From: an uncultured virus (IMG/VR IMGVR_UViG_2814123061_000003)
Taxonomy: Duplodnaviria; Heunggongvirae; Uroviricota; Caudoviricetes
Virus record (IMG/VR): IMGVR_UViG_2814123061_000003
Length of the DNA stretch: 64,000 nt
Reading direction: 5' to 3' (one strand)
Each line of letters starts with the position of its first letter. Position 1 is the first letter of the stretch. A model generated the notes under the pieces. That model was not told where the DNA came from. It saw nothing but the letters and a program-made list of their open reading frames with translations, and did no database searches. A program made the translations under genes and the position numbers. This document shows positions 38,484 through 48,417 of this stretch, one piece after another.

Positions 38484-39149
38484 TTATTTAAAGAGAGTAT
38501 CGAAATCAACAGTTAAGTCTTTAATTGATTGGGCTAATAAATGATGAAGCTCTTCGATATCGTCATTTTTATCTTTCCATGATAAAAGAACATTATATAA
38601 ATTACTCTCGTTTTTATATTGCCGTAACATATCAGAATGTAGTCTATTAACACGGTTTAATGTTTTAATTAATAGAAGGAATTTATCTGTTTGTAATACG
38701 GAAATTTTCCATACTGTTAAACTTTCACATCTTGTTCCAAAGTCAATTACTTTTTTACTGAATTCTTGCCATATTTCATGATGCCGTTTAAAGGCATCTT
38801 GTAGCTCCATTGGGGTAGGATTACTATTCTGTATGATCCGTAATCTGTAACTGGATATCAAATGTTGTTGAAGTATCCTCAACTGTACCATTTCAGCCAT
38901 ACACGTACTGGCTTGCTTGAACCCTTCATGTTGTATCTTAGGAGAGATCCAATCTTTCGCATTGTACGCAGCATAGACAGCCGCTCCAGCCATCGCCAAA
39001 TTACACGCAGCACTTACCCAATCAGTTACGCTCCCCCATTCGAATCCTTTAACATTCAGAAAAAGAACCTTGATAAATACTAAAACTGCAACAATGAACA
39101 GCACTATAATGATGCCTAATAAAGTAAAATTTGTTTTTTTTAATTCCAT
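38484..39149 (-). CDS. Membrane-anchored hypothetical protein (moron)
   Basis: Two N-terminal TMs with WGSVTDWVSA motif; very AT-rich. Confidence 0.7.
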   Translation of the reverse strand: MELKKTNFTLLGIIIVLFIVAVLVFIKVLFLNVKGFEWGSVTDWVSAACNLAMAGAAVYAAYNAKDWISPKIQHEGFKQASTCMAEMVQLRILQQHLISSYRLRIIQNSNPTPMELQDAFKRHHEIWQEFSKKVIDFGTRCESLTVWKISVLQTDKFLLLIKTLNRVNRLHSDMLRQYKNESNLYNVLLSWKDKNDDIEELHHLLAQSIKDLTVDFDTLFK

Positions 39150-39574
39150 TGTTGATAAAATCCGCAATTAAATTTATTGATCAAATATTGTACTTTACCA
39201 CTGTAAACGCAATCAAGTACACTCACAACCTCACGCCCCCCACGATGGGTAGGTTTGTTGAAGGTGTGGGTGTGGCGTGAAGCTATCATATGATAATCCT
39301 CAGTACTCATTAGCAGACTTCTTTTTTGTTTGTAAGCAGAGTAATTATTGATTATGCTAATAATACTCATGATGACTTATAGAGAGCATAAAGATAGTAA
39401 TGGGTTGGTCTGCGTTAAAAATATTCGCGATTAACTACATGTCGCTTTGATACTTGCTGGGGTTATCTCAGATTGATAAATGCCTCAAGTGTTGAAAAAT
39501 GTAATTGACAAGTAATGTTATAACTGGAATATATTGAACTGTAATGTCTCAATGCTGAAAATATAGGATATATC

Positions 39575-39940
39575 ATGGATCTTAGAGTTTTGAATGTTGA
39601 AGGGCATGGGGAATTAGACAAAGAACATATTGTACTCGTAGCCGATTCTCAAGCCAACCTTTGGAATTATATACTTTCAGATTCTACTTATCATGGGGAT
39701 GGAAGTACATCAAATAAACATAGGCATGTTTTTGATTTTGATGAGTTACCTGCGATAACACTCAATAAAGATGATTTAGTTCTTCTTTTCACAAAAAATG
39801 GTAAATTTGGTACTCATACCTTACCGAGTGGTGCTAAGGCGTATTTCATTTATTGGGGATTAAATGAAACCGTTTGGAATAAGGATGGCGACGAGGCTAT
39901 TCTGATTGAAGTTTCTCAAAGAAGCAAAAAGAACGTATGA
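39575..39940 (+). CDS. Hypothetical beta-rich protein, possibly lamin-tail-domain-like
   Basis: KEHIVL, YILSDSTY, VWNKDGDEAILI pattern. Confidence 0.6.
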   Translation: MDLRVLNVEGHGELDKEHIVLVADSQANLWNYILSDSTYHGDGSTSNKHRHVFDFDELPAITLNKDDLVLLFTKNGKFGTHTLPSGAKAYFIYWGLNETVWNKDGDEAILIEVSQRSKKNV

Positions 39941-40125
39941 GTGACTAATTTAATCACATGTTTTATTTGGCAGACCTTAAATCTGGTCTGCCATGAATTA
40001 TCAAGAGTACTTAACGTAATTAAGTTTTATTTAACTAATTTCAAATCATACATCAAACAGCCGTATGTTTTTCTAGTGCTGCTACAATTAAATAGGGGGT
40101 TGTTGTGGGCATGTGTGGCGTGAAT

Positions 40126-40440
40126 CTAGAACGGTAATTCTTCTTGCCCACAAAACCAATCATCAGCATGTTGTTCAATCACACGGTGTTCAGCATGTAG
40201 ATAACTCAAAGCATCCAGAACCCTGTTAAATGGCGTTTCGCTAATCAGTACAAAACAATCCCTTTCAACCGTTCCCAGCCAGAACAACCCTCCTACAGAA
40301 CCTTCAAATATCACCCGATCACCAAACTTGAATTGCTCAAGAACACTTCCCCGATAACAGACCGTGAACCAAACCCCAGCGTGTGAGAACTGATGAACAC
40401 CTCTACGTATGGATGGATCGTAACCGTTCTTATTGCCCAT
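40126..40440 (-). CDS. Hypothetical protein, probably SOS-regulated
   Basis: SD GGAGGG; LexA box upstream; ends EELPF. Confidence 0.7.
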   Translation of the reverse strand: MGNKNGYDPSIRRGVHQFSHAGVWFTVCYRGSVLEQFKFGDRVIFEGSVGGLFWLGTVERDCFVLISETPFNRVLDALSYLHAEHRVIEQHADDWFCGQEELPF

Positions 40441-40468
40441 TTCTTAGCCCTCCAAACAAAACCAATAA

Positions 40469-40488
40469 TACTGTAATTATATACAGTA
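40469..40488. promoter_or_regulatory. LexA (SOS) box
   Basis: TACTGTAATTATATACAGTA matches CTGT-N8-ACAG. Confidence 0.85.
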
Positions 40489-40626
40489 CAAAATAAAACA
40501 CCATAAAATAGATAAAAACGATCATTTTCAATAAGTTAAGTAATTTTCTTTAGTGTGGTTAGTCTTTCATTGATATCTAAAAACGATCAATAATTTTTCA
40601 TTAACCATTTTTAAAGATAAGCAAGG

Positions 40627-41301
40627 ATGATCAATACAACCTTCATAGCAGAACCAATCATGACAACATCAGGCCAGCTCATAGGCTGTGAACTGTTAAC
40701 CCGCTTCCATCGTGAAGATCTGCCAGTGCTGAACAGCAAGTACTTCATCATGGCTATGACGGTTGAAGGTAAGAAGGAACTACTCAAGCAACAACTACAG
40801 GCCATTGAAGTACGTGCGGCCTGGTTCAGAGATAACCGGCTTTTCTGTACCGTTAACGTTGATACCGTACAGGCACGGCTATGTGTCTTTGACAGGGATA
40901 TTATTCAGTTATTGGATAAGCTGGAGTTTGTGAGGCTGGAGATCTCAGAAGATTTTGAAGGTCTTGAAAAGGGTATTGAACATCCGATACTCAGAACACT
41001 GTTAAACGTTGGCTATCGCTTGTTCCTTGATGATCTTGGTTCAGGTCGTGCCAATGTCGCAGCACTAACTACTGGATGCTATGAGGCCGTAAAACTTGAT
41101 AGAGCGTTCTACCGTCAGGAAGTACAGAAACCCACATTCAACGTAATGATGAAGAACATCATGAAGTACTGCCATTATGTGATCGTAGAGGGAGTAGAGC
41201 AACGCCAAGAGCTACCAATATTACGCGATGCTGGAGTAACAGCGGTTCAGGGCTATCTATACCGTTCAGTACCATTCAATAAAGTTCACACACTTCTATA
41301 A
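40627..41301 (+). CDS. Stand-alone EAL-domain c-di-GMP phosphodiesterase (PdeH/YhjH-like)
   Basis: CELLTR, TVNV, LEISE, LDDLGSG, VKLDR, IVEGVE, VQGYLY all present. Confidence 0.9.
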   Translation: MINTTFIAEPIMTTSGQLIGCELLTRFHREDLPVLNSKYFIMAMTVEGKKELLKQQLQAIEVRAAWFRDNRLFCTVNVDTVQARLCVFDRDIIQLLDKLEFVRLEISEDFEGLEKGIEHPILRTLLNVGYRLFLDDLGSGRANVAALTTGCYEAVKLDRAFYRQEVQKPTFNVMMKNIMKYCHYVIVEGVEQRQELPILRDAGVTAVQGYLYRSVPFNKVHTLL

Positions 41302-41345
41302 CACCATAGTAAATACCCTATAGACAACAACTATGGGGTATACCT

Positions 41346-41723
41346 ATGAACATCACATTACACTTCCCTAAAGGCTCTACAAGCATCATAGACGGTACTT
41401 ATACAGGTTATGAGTATTCCCGTACCGATAAGCTAATCAACGCTCATATCACGTTTGATGAATCATACAAGCTATTCATCAACCATCACAGTTTAGTACT
41501 CAGCTATAAATACATTACGGTGAATCACCAGCACAGCTACACAATCGGTAGATGGGTTTATGACTGGAACACAATAGGCAATTACAAAGGCTCAGAGCGA
41601 GTACACCTCGACTATCTACAGTGCTTGACTCAGGAACTAATACAAGATGAATCATTGAACGGTAGACCTATAGATAACTATCGAATTGCTCTATTAATAA
41701 ATGAATTCAGAGAAGAAATTTAA
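41346..41723 (+). CDS. Hypothetical protein
   Basis: ORF preceded by TAAATA and an RBS-masking hairpin. Confidence 0.6.
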   Translation: MNITLHFPKGSTSIIDGTYTGYEYSRTDKLINAHITFDESYKLFINHHSLVLSYKYITVNHQHSYTIGRWVYDWNTIGNYKGSERVHLDYLQCLTQELIQDESLNGRPIDNYRIALLINEFREEI

Positions 41724-41846
41724 CCCAACTAACGAGAACGATTATCAAATAGGTTCTCCCTGAACTTTTCAAACACCGCGTAGTTTCGCCGCACCCTTTT
41801 TAAAAAATATATAAGGTTTTGAACCTAATTCATTCATAGAGGCTAT

Positions 41847-42392
41847 ATGACATACCTACAAATAGCAAATATATACGGCTATGATCCGGCAACAGTTAGC
41901 CGTGATTGGAAAGCCAGAGGCTTAGATATTAGCCAAACAGACGAAGAAATATATCAATGGGTACAGGATAACGTACTAACACCATTGAGAGGACAAACAG
42001 ATCTAAAAGAAGAAACCCAACGTGAACAATTACGTTTAGCAAAAGCTAAAGCTGACATTGAAGAAATGAATGCGGATCAACTAAGACGTAATTTAATTGA
42101 AGTTGATTATGTAACTGAATCACTATCAAGCTACTTACTTCAACTAAAGAACATGTTGCGTAGTATTCCTAACACAACATACGTAGAACTATTCAGTAGT
42201 GAAGATGCTAACCAATTGAGGGAAACACTCAAAGATAAAATAGATGAAGTACTACGTGATATAGGAAATTACGAGTACGAGGAAGAAATAGAAGAATATG
42301 AAAATGGAATTTCAGAATCAGAAGAAATTATTGAAGATATTGAATCATGCAGTGAAGAACATACTACCGCCTCAGAAGATAAAACCGAGTGA
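41847..42392 (+). CDS. Terminase small subunit (Nu1-like)
   Basis: N-terminal HTH (IANIYGYDPATVSRDWKARG), coiled coil; precedes gpA. Confidence 0.85.
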   Translation: MTYLQIANIYGYDPATVSRDWKARGLDISQTDEEIYQWVQDNVLTPLRGQTDLKEETQREQLRLAKAKADIEEMNADQLRRNLIEVDYVTESLSSYLLQLKNMLRSIPNTTYVELFSSEDANQLRETLKDKIDEVLRDIGNYEYEEEIEEYENGISESEEIIEDIESCSEEHTTASEDKTE

Positions 42393-44223
42393 TTGGGTAG
42401 AGAAGAACTTAAAGTTTTGTGATGGTGAATTACAAGGTTCACCAATGCGTTTATACGAATTCCAGAAAGAACCTCTTAACGCAATTATTGAACCTGGAGT
42501 ACGTAAGGTTGTGCTAATGAGTTCAGCACAGCTTTTGAAAACAACAATAGTTACTGGTGCTTCATTGTACTTTCTACAGCACGATCCATCAAATATGGTT
42601 ATTGCAGGTACAACAGCAAACACAGTTAAGAAGTACAAGAATGGTAAGTACGATCCAACAATTCAACTAACACCATCACTTGCTAAATTAATCACAAGTA
42701 AATCAGATAAAACAAAAACAAATGATGCCACAACCCAGGAAACAACAGTTGGTACATTCAATTACTTTGTTTCTCTTAACTCACCATCTACGCTACGTGG
42801 CCTAACTGCTAAACGTGTCTTTTGTGACGAGATCTCAGGCGTTGAGACAGACGGTGATGAAGGGAACCCCATAGCCCTTGTATCACAGCGTTGTGAATCG
42901 TTCCGCGATTCCTTAATCATGATGTGCTCTACGCCGTTAGTACCGGATGATCCCATATGCCAGGAATTTGCTATGAGCGATCAGCGTTACTTTCATGTGC
43001 CTTGCCCTAAGTGCGGTGATGAACAACGCCTGATATGGGAAAACGTTAAATTCAAATGGAAGGTTATCGACGGTGGCCGCCGTTCTATCCCTGATGCCGA
43101 TACCGCCTATCTTGAATGCCCGCACTGTAAACACCAGTACAGCGAAGCAGAACGAGTAAGAGCGGTATCACAAGGACGATGGATCGCAACACATCCAGAG
43201 ATTAAGGATGTAAGGGGCTACCACATATCACGTTTGTACTCTCCGGTTTCGTCGATCCGCAAGCTGGTACAGGACTTTGCCGAAGCATTTAAGAACTTTG
43301 ATCATATGCGATTCGTCAATAACGCATTGGGCGAACCTTACATTGATAAAGAAAACGTTGAGCATGATTTAGCACTACTGGAACAGCTACGTGATTTTGA
43401 TATTGATATTAATAACATTCCTAATGATTGTGTTGGTGTGGGATATGCCGTAGACCAACAATTAGATCGCCTTGAATGTACGTTAGTTGGTATATCAGAA
43501 AAGAATTATTATGTACTCGATCATCGTAGCTTTTTTGCAGTGGATTGTAATAAATATGATTCACCAGCTTATACTGAACTACAAAATTTCATAAATAATA
43601 CTAAGTTAAAAACCAAGAATGGCACGCCATTACGAGTACTTCAAGTATGGGTAGATAGTTCTAACGGTGCGGCAACCAATACGATTTACCGTTTCTGTAA
43701 TAAAAAAGGGAATGAGATATACAAACCTATCAAGGGTGATGGACGTACAACCATTCCACTATATAAAGAAAGTACATCCGGTGGTTATAAGTTCATGCTA
43801 TTGAACGTTAACGAAGGTAAGAACCGTATTCGTAAGTTACTAAACGCAGCAATGAACGAAGAAGAACATGAAGGTAAGAAAATCCACTTTAGTTATAGTC
43901 TACCTGATGATGCGTTTCTTCAATATACCAGTGAAAAACGTGTAATGAAAGGTGGTCAATTAGTATGGGTGAAACGCAGCGGTTCTAAAGATGATAGAAA
44001 CGAAATGTTAGATACATTGAATTACTGCCTAATCAGTTTTGAATACATGCTAAACAAACTTGGAACAGACGCGTACAAGAAACTTAGAAATTATAATACT
44101 AACGTGGCAAAAGCTAAATACAGTGAAGAAACACAAATCAGTGAATCACCATCAGAACATGTTCCAGTACGTAAACAGCGTAAAAGGCGTATGGGTAGTG
44201 GTAGAAACTGGTTTAATGAATAA
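42298..44223 (+). CDS. Terminase large subunit (lambda gpA family)
   Basis: SSAQLLKT, VFCDEI, CSTP, CPKC/CPHC, VDQQLDR, RNEMLD. Confidence 0.93.
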   Translation: MKMEFQNQKKLLKILNHAVKNILPPQKIKPSDWVEKNLKFCDGELQGSPMRLYEFQKEPLNAIIEPGVRKVVLMSSAQLLKTTIVTGASLYFLQHDPSNMVIAGTTANTVKKYKNGKYDPTIQLTPSLAKLITSKSDKTKTNDATTQETTVGTFNYFVSLNSPSTLRGLTAKRVFCDEISGVETDGDEGNPIALVSQRCESFRDSLIMMCSTPLVPDDPICQEFAMSDQRYFHVPCPKCGDEQRLIWENVKFKWKVIDGGRRSIPDADTAYLECPHCKHQYSEAERVRAVSQGRWIATHPEIKDVRGYHISRLYSPVSSIRKLVQDFAEAFKNFDHMRFVNNALGEPYIDKENVEHDLALLEQLRDFDIDINNIPNDCVGVGYAVDQQLDRLECTLVGISEKNYYVLDHRSFFAVDCNKYDSPAYTELQNFINNTKLKTKNGTPLRVLQVWVDSSNGAATNTIYRFCNKKGNEIYKPIKGDGRTTIPLYKESTSGGYKFMLLNVNEGKNRIRKLLNAAMNEEEHEGKKIHFSYSLPDDAFLQYTSEKRVMKGGQLVWVKRSGSKDDRNEMLDTLNYCLISFEYMLNKLGTDAYKKLRNYNTNVAKAKYSEETQISESPSEHVPVRKQRKRRMGSGRNWFNE

Positions 44224-44232
44224 GGAATAAAC

Positions 44233-44718
44233 ATGGCAACACGCAGCGTTGATTTCACCTCAGATATTATCAAAGGTGAAAGCATTGTGTTTAGTTTTGC
44301 CGCAGATTCTACAGTAGATATTGTTGGTGTGGATGGTTTAAAGCAATCATACAGCTATCCATACACAACAATAGATACTTCAACATGGAAACCAGGTGCA
44401 TATACAGCAATTATTAATGATACAACATTTGCTGTACGTACTTTCCAGATAGTAGATCCAACTGCGACAGCTAATAAATACAATCAATACCTATCAATTA
44501 TTGATGAAATAAATATTGTCATAGAATCCAAAGTACAAGGCGGTGGTGTTATCTCACAGAGCATCAACAATAAAAGCCTAACAACTGAATCTATGGACTC
44601 ATTACTAAGACTACGTACCCATTATATGAAACTTGCTAATCAAGAATTAGCACGTATGAAAGGGCTTTCCTCTGGTAATCCAATTAAATCTATAACAACT
44701 TTTAACAGGGGTAAATAA
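44233..44718 (+). CDS. Head completion protein (gpW-like C-terminus)
   Basis: Between terminase and portal; SQSINNKSLT...LLRLR. Confidence 0.65.
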   Translation: MATRSVDFTSDIIKGESIVFSFAADSTVDIVGVDGLKQSYSYPYTTIDTSTWKPGAYTAIINDTTFAVRTFQIVDPTATANKYNQYLSIIDEINIVIESKVQGGGVISQSINNKSLTTESMDSLLRLRTHYMKLANQELARMKGLSSGNPIKSITTFNRGK

Positions 44719-46238
44719 TGTTCTGGAAAAAGAAACGAATTGATGAACCTGTACAAGAACCACAACAACCAAAACAATTTGAACGTAAGCAGCTAACCGA
44801 TAATGCACTAAAACGTGAACTAAAAGAAATCCGTACTAACTCACAATCACCGATTATCAGTTTTGGATTCTCAGCAGGTAATACGGCAGGTAATATTAAT
44901 AGTATTATCAATATGACGTTGCCAACATTAGTAGCTAAATCACGTGAACTAAGTCTAAACAACGGTATAGCAAGAAAGTACTTTCAAGTGAACTCTGATG
45001 GCGTTACAGGGGCATCCGGTTTATATATTCGTCCTGATGTAAATCTTCATGATGATAATGAAGAAAACTTAGCTATCAATGAAGAACTTGAACACTTGTT
45101 CTATAAGTACGCAGATAATCCAGAAGCATTTAGTATGAATGGCAAGATGGACTTAGCAGCATTCCAGCGTTTAGTAGAACGTACACGTAGTATTGACGGT
45201 GAAGCGTTTATTATTGTTCATGATGTTAACGGTACTGTTAAGTTTGAACTCATTGACACTATGCGAGTACCTGTAATTGGTAATCGTATTTTTGATGATG
45301 GTAGTTATGTATCTAACGGCATCCATTTTGATCAACATGGAAAGGCTATTGAGTACTATGTAACTAAGGTTAATCCAACTTCATATACATATGAGATTGG
45401 CAACTATGACATTATCCCAGCATCCAGAATGCTTCACCTGATGATTGAAGATTATCCAAATCAACAGCGTGGTATTCCAGATATCGTAGCTGGTACTACA
45501 TTACTAAAAGACCTTGAAGCATTCATTAAAGCAGCAATCATATCTAAAAAACTTTCAGCCTCAGCAATGGCATTCATTACTAACTCAGCAAGTAATGATG
45601 AAGATGTTGATTTTATGAAAGGATATGAACCTGATTACTATGAAAATGACAGCCTACAAAGTGGTGCTTTAGTCGAACTTCAACCAGGGCAGAACGTAAC
45701 GAGTGTAAACCCAAATGGGGCAACAGATGGTATTACCGAATTCGTTAATGCTCAGATGCAACAGATCGCTATGTCTCTTGGTATTACTGAACAATCGCTA
45801 AGTGGTAGTACTGCTAATGCGTCATTCTCAGCAGCGAAGCTAACAGATCGCCTACAACGTCAAACATTTAAAACACGTACAAATGCTTTAACCACATTCG
45901 TACTAAAACCAATTTATTCACGTTGGCTAAAAGCTGAAATGTTACGTAATAAGGGCTTGAACCTTAATTTTAGTGATTTCGATAAATTAGTAAACGCTAA
46001 ATACGTTAGTGAATTCGTTGAATCACTTGATCCTCTTAAAGATGTACAAACACAGGTATTAATGATCGATAACAAGATCAAAAGCCGTTCTATGGTCGTT
46101 TCTGAATTTGGCTATGACCCATATCAAGTACTGAAAGAAATTGAACTGGAGGAAGCACAAACAATAAATACTACAAAGGAAGTTATTCAGGATGAAGAAA
46201 CCACTAACGAGGGAACTAAACCTACAGAAGATAAATAA
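44718..46238 (+). CDS. Portal protein, lambda family
   Basis: IDGEAF, QQRGIP, ASFSAAK, LDPLKD. Confidence 0.9.
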   Translation: MFWKKKRIDEPVQEPQQPKQFERKQLTDNALKRELKEIRTNSQSPIISFGFSAGNTAGNINSIINMTLPTLVAKSRELSLNNGIARKYFQVNSDGVTGASGLYIRPDVNLHDDNEENLAINEELEHLFYKYADNPEAFSMNGKMDLAAFQRLVERTRSIDGEAFIIVHDVNGTVKFELIDTMRVPVIGNRIFDDGSYVSNGIHFDQHGKAIEYYVTKVNPTSYTYEIGNYDIIPASRMLHLMIEDYPNQQRGIPDIVAGTTLLKDLEAFIKAAIISKKLSASAMAFITNSASNDEDVDFMKGYEPDYYENDSLQSGALVELQPGQNVTSVNPNGATDGITEFVNAQMQQIAMSLGITEQSLSGSTANASFSAAKLTDRLQRQTFKTRTNALTTFVLKPIYSRWLKAEMLRNKGLNLNFSDFDKLVNAKYVSEFVESLDPLKDVQTQVLMIDNKIKSRSMVVSEFGYDPYQVLKEIELEEAQTINTTKEVIQDEETTNEGTKPTEDK

Positions 46239-48105
46239 AGCTATTGATGTAGAGAATCGAACAATTGAAATTGCCTTTGCCAGTGAAACACCTGTTAAAC
46301 GTGATTTTGGTGAAGGGCTTGGTGTACTAAATGAAATTCTTAAATGTACTCCAGATGCCGTAAATCTTTCTCGCCTACTTAATGGTGCTCCATTACTAAT
46401 AGAACATGATTTCACTCGACAAGTGGGAGTTGTATTAGATGCGAGAGTAGACAGTGATCATATATGCCGTGCGACGGTAAAACTATCTTCAATTCAAGCA
46501 GCAGAAACTATTTTTACAATGATTCAGGAAGGTATCCGTACAAAGATTTCAGTAGGGTACAACATTGAATCATACCATATCGAAGGTGAAAACCTAATTG
46601 TAGATCTTTGGTCGCCATATGAAGTAAGTAGCGTATCTGTACCCGCAGATGATTTTGTTGGTGTTTCACGTTCACTAAATACAAATGAAATTCAACTTAG
46701 TGAAGGTGAACAAATGGAACTTGAAAACCAACAAGAAGAACTACGAGTTAATGACGTAGAAGAAACAGAAGTTGAAGTACAAGAAAGTACTGAAACAGAA
46801 GAAGTAGAAGTATTAGAAACTCCAGAAGAAGTACAAGAACCTGTAGAAGAAACAGAAGTATTAGAAACCGAAGAAGTAGTACAAGAACCTATTGATGAAG
46901 CTGAAACAGAAGAAGTACAGGAAAGTACTGGTGATGTTGAAGTAGAAGCACAAGAACGTGCCGCACTAAATAAAGGTGAATCTGACGAATATCGAATTCG
47001 TGAGTTAACCGCTATTGCTGAACTCTACAACGTAGATAGTTCGGAAGCAATTAAATCAGGTGTATCAGTTGAACAGTTTAAACAGGAAGTTCAAACCAGA
47101 TCCCTAAATAAAGAAACAAATCTAATTAACAAGGATGTTAATCTTATGAAAAAAAATGTAATTGGTGAACTAATCCGTAGTATCAACGAAGATAACTTTG
47201 ATTCTGTAAAGGTTGAACTTGAAAAAGGTCAACGCGGTTTCAAAATGGATTTTTCACGTGCTCTTGGTGCTAATACCGATACTCAAACAGCAGCAGGTAC
47301 AGTTAAAACTGTTTATGCGGATTCTTATCTAACCGCTCTATTGGCTCAATCCATTCTTGGTAGCCTAAATCCAACTATCTATAGTGGCCTTGCTTATCGT
47401 GGTGTACTTTCTATTCCTCGTCTAACTGGTCTAACTCCAGCGGCTCCAGGTAACTTTAAGTTCTACGAAGAAGGTGATGCGGTAACAGAATCTATTTCTA
47501 ACTTTGATTCAATAAAGCTATCTCCAAAAATGTTCGCGGGTTCTGTACCAGTAACTAAGCAACTAATGCTAAGTTCTGATACCGCAGCTACTTTTGTTCA
47601 AGATGCCCTAATCCGCTATGCGGCTAATGGTCTTGAAGCTCAGATCTTCTCTACCCTACAGGCAGCTATTCCAGAAGTGGAAACCGCAGCAGTAGGTACT
47701 ATGACCGTAGCAGACGTACAAGAAGCTATTAAAGCACTTGGTGTTGCTAACGTTGATGTACGTTCTTGTGTCGCAGTCATGCACCCAAGTACATTGGCTA
47801 AACTACGTCAAACCGCAGTAATGGGTAACACCGCAGCCGTATCTATGGTTGAAGGTCATCGTTTTGATATGTGGCTAAACGATGAAGTACGTGTAATTGA
47901 ATCTACCTTTGTTGAAGCTGATTCTGTAATCATCGGTGATTTCCGTAACCTAATCATTGCTAACTGGTCAGACGGTCAAGAAATTGATGTAGACACTACT
48001 ACTCACCGTGCCGCACAAATTACTGTATTCCGTTCATTCCAGTACTTAGCAACCGCTATTGCTCATGATGAAGCGTTTGTAAATCTAAAAATTAAATCCG
48101 CTTAA
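46192..48105 (+). CDS. Prohead protease-scaffold-major capsid fusion (HK97 fold)
   Basis: Protease motifs PLLIEHD, ISVGY, PYEVSSVSVPAD; acidic linker; capsid motifs LSPK, VMHP, IIGDF. Confidence 0.9.
   Translation: MKKPLTRELNLQKINKAIDVENRTIEIAFASETPVKRDFGEGLGVLNEILKCTPDAVNLSRLLNGAPLLIEHDFTRQVGVVLDARVDSDHICRATVKLSSIQAAETIFTMIQEGIRTKISVGYNIESYHIEGENLIVDLWSPYEVSSVSVPADDFVGVSRSLNTNEIQLSEGEQMELENQQEELRVNDVEETEVEVQESTETEEVEVLETPEEVQEPVEETEVLETEEVVQEPIDEAETEEVQESTGDVEVEAQERAALNKGESDEYRIRELTAIAELYNVDSSEAIKSGVSVEQFKQEVQTRSLNKETNLINKDVNLMKKNVIGELIRSINEDNFDSVKVELEKGQRGFKMDFSRALGANTDTQTAAGTVKTVYADSYLTALLAQSILGSLNPTIYSGLAYRGVLSIPRLTGLTPAAPGNFKFYEEGDAVTESISNFDSIKLSPKMFAGSVPVTKQLMLSSDTAATFVQDALIRYAANGLEAQIFSTLQAAIPEVETAAVGTMTVADVQEAIKALGVANVDVRSCVAVMHPSTLAKLRQTAVMGNTAAVSMVEGHRFDMWLNDEVRVIESTFVEADSVIIGDFRNLIIANWSDGQEIDVDTTTHRAAQITVFRSFQYLATAIAHDEAFVNLKIKSA
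46760..46950 (+). repeat. Degenerate tandem repeats encoding acidic E/T/V linker
   Basis: Repeated GAAACAGAAG, GAAGTATTAGAAAC and GTACAAGAACCT units. Confidence 0.75.
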
Positions 48106-48116
48106 TGGTGAAATAA

Positions 48117-48416
48117 ATGAGAGCATTTTTTAGTAACTCACAATCAGAGTCACTACTTAATGCTTTTGGTGAAAAGCTCGTCATTGTTCAAGATGGTGTA
48201 TCAATAACGATTACCGCAATTTTTGAACAAGACGAGCTTTTTTTCGATGATAGTAAAACTACCGTAACATATTTTAGTGCTAAGTCAGGAATTAAACTAA
48301 ATAGCACCTTCACGATTGATAACACCGAATACGTAGTAAATAGAATAGATGATGATACGAGCGGTATCTCTAACTATCACTATGTTCGCAAGATCGATTT
48401 AGAAGAGGAAATATAA
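48117..48416 (+). CDS. Head-tail joining protein (gpFII-like)
   Basis: Position after capsid; ITAIFE...FTIDNTEYVV...DDTSG. Confidence 0.65.
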   Translation: MRAFFSNSQSESLLNAFGEKLVIVQDGVSITITAIFEQDELFFDDSKTTVTYFSAKSGIKLNSTFTIDNTEYVVNRIDDDTSGISNYHYVRKIDLEEEI

Positions 48417-48417
48417 T

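Noticed and set aside
39140..39370. 76-aa minus-strand ORF, and likewise 39941..40123
   Set aside because: No SD or motifs; they overlap repeat and hairpin sequence
41346..41723. HNH packaging nuclease, expected from position
   Set aside because: No HNH or CxxC motifs
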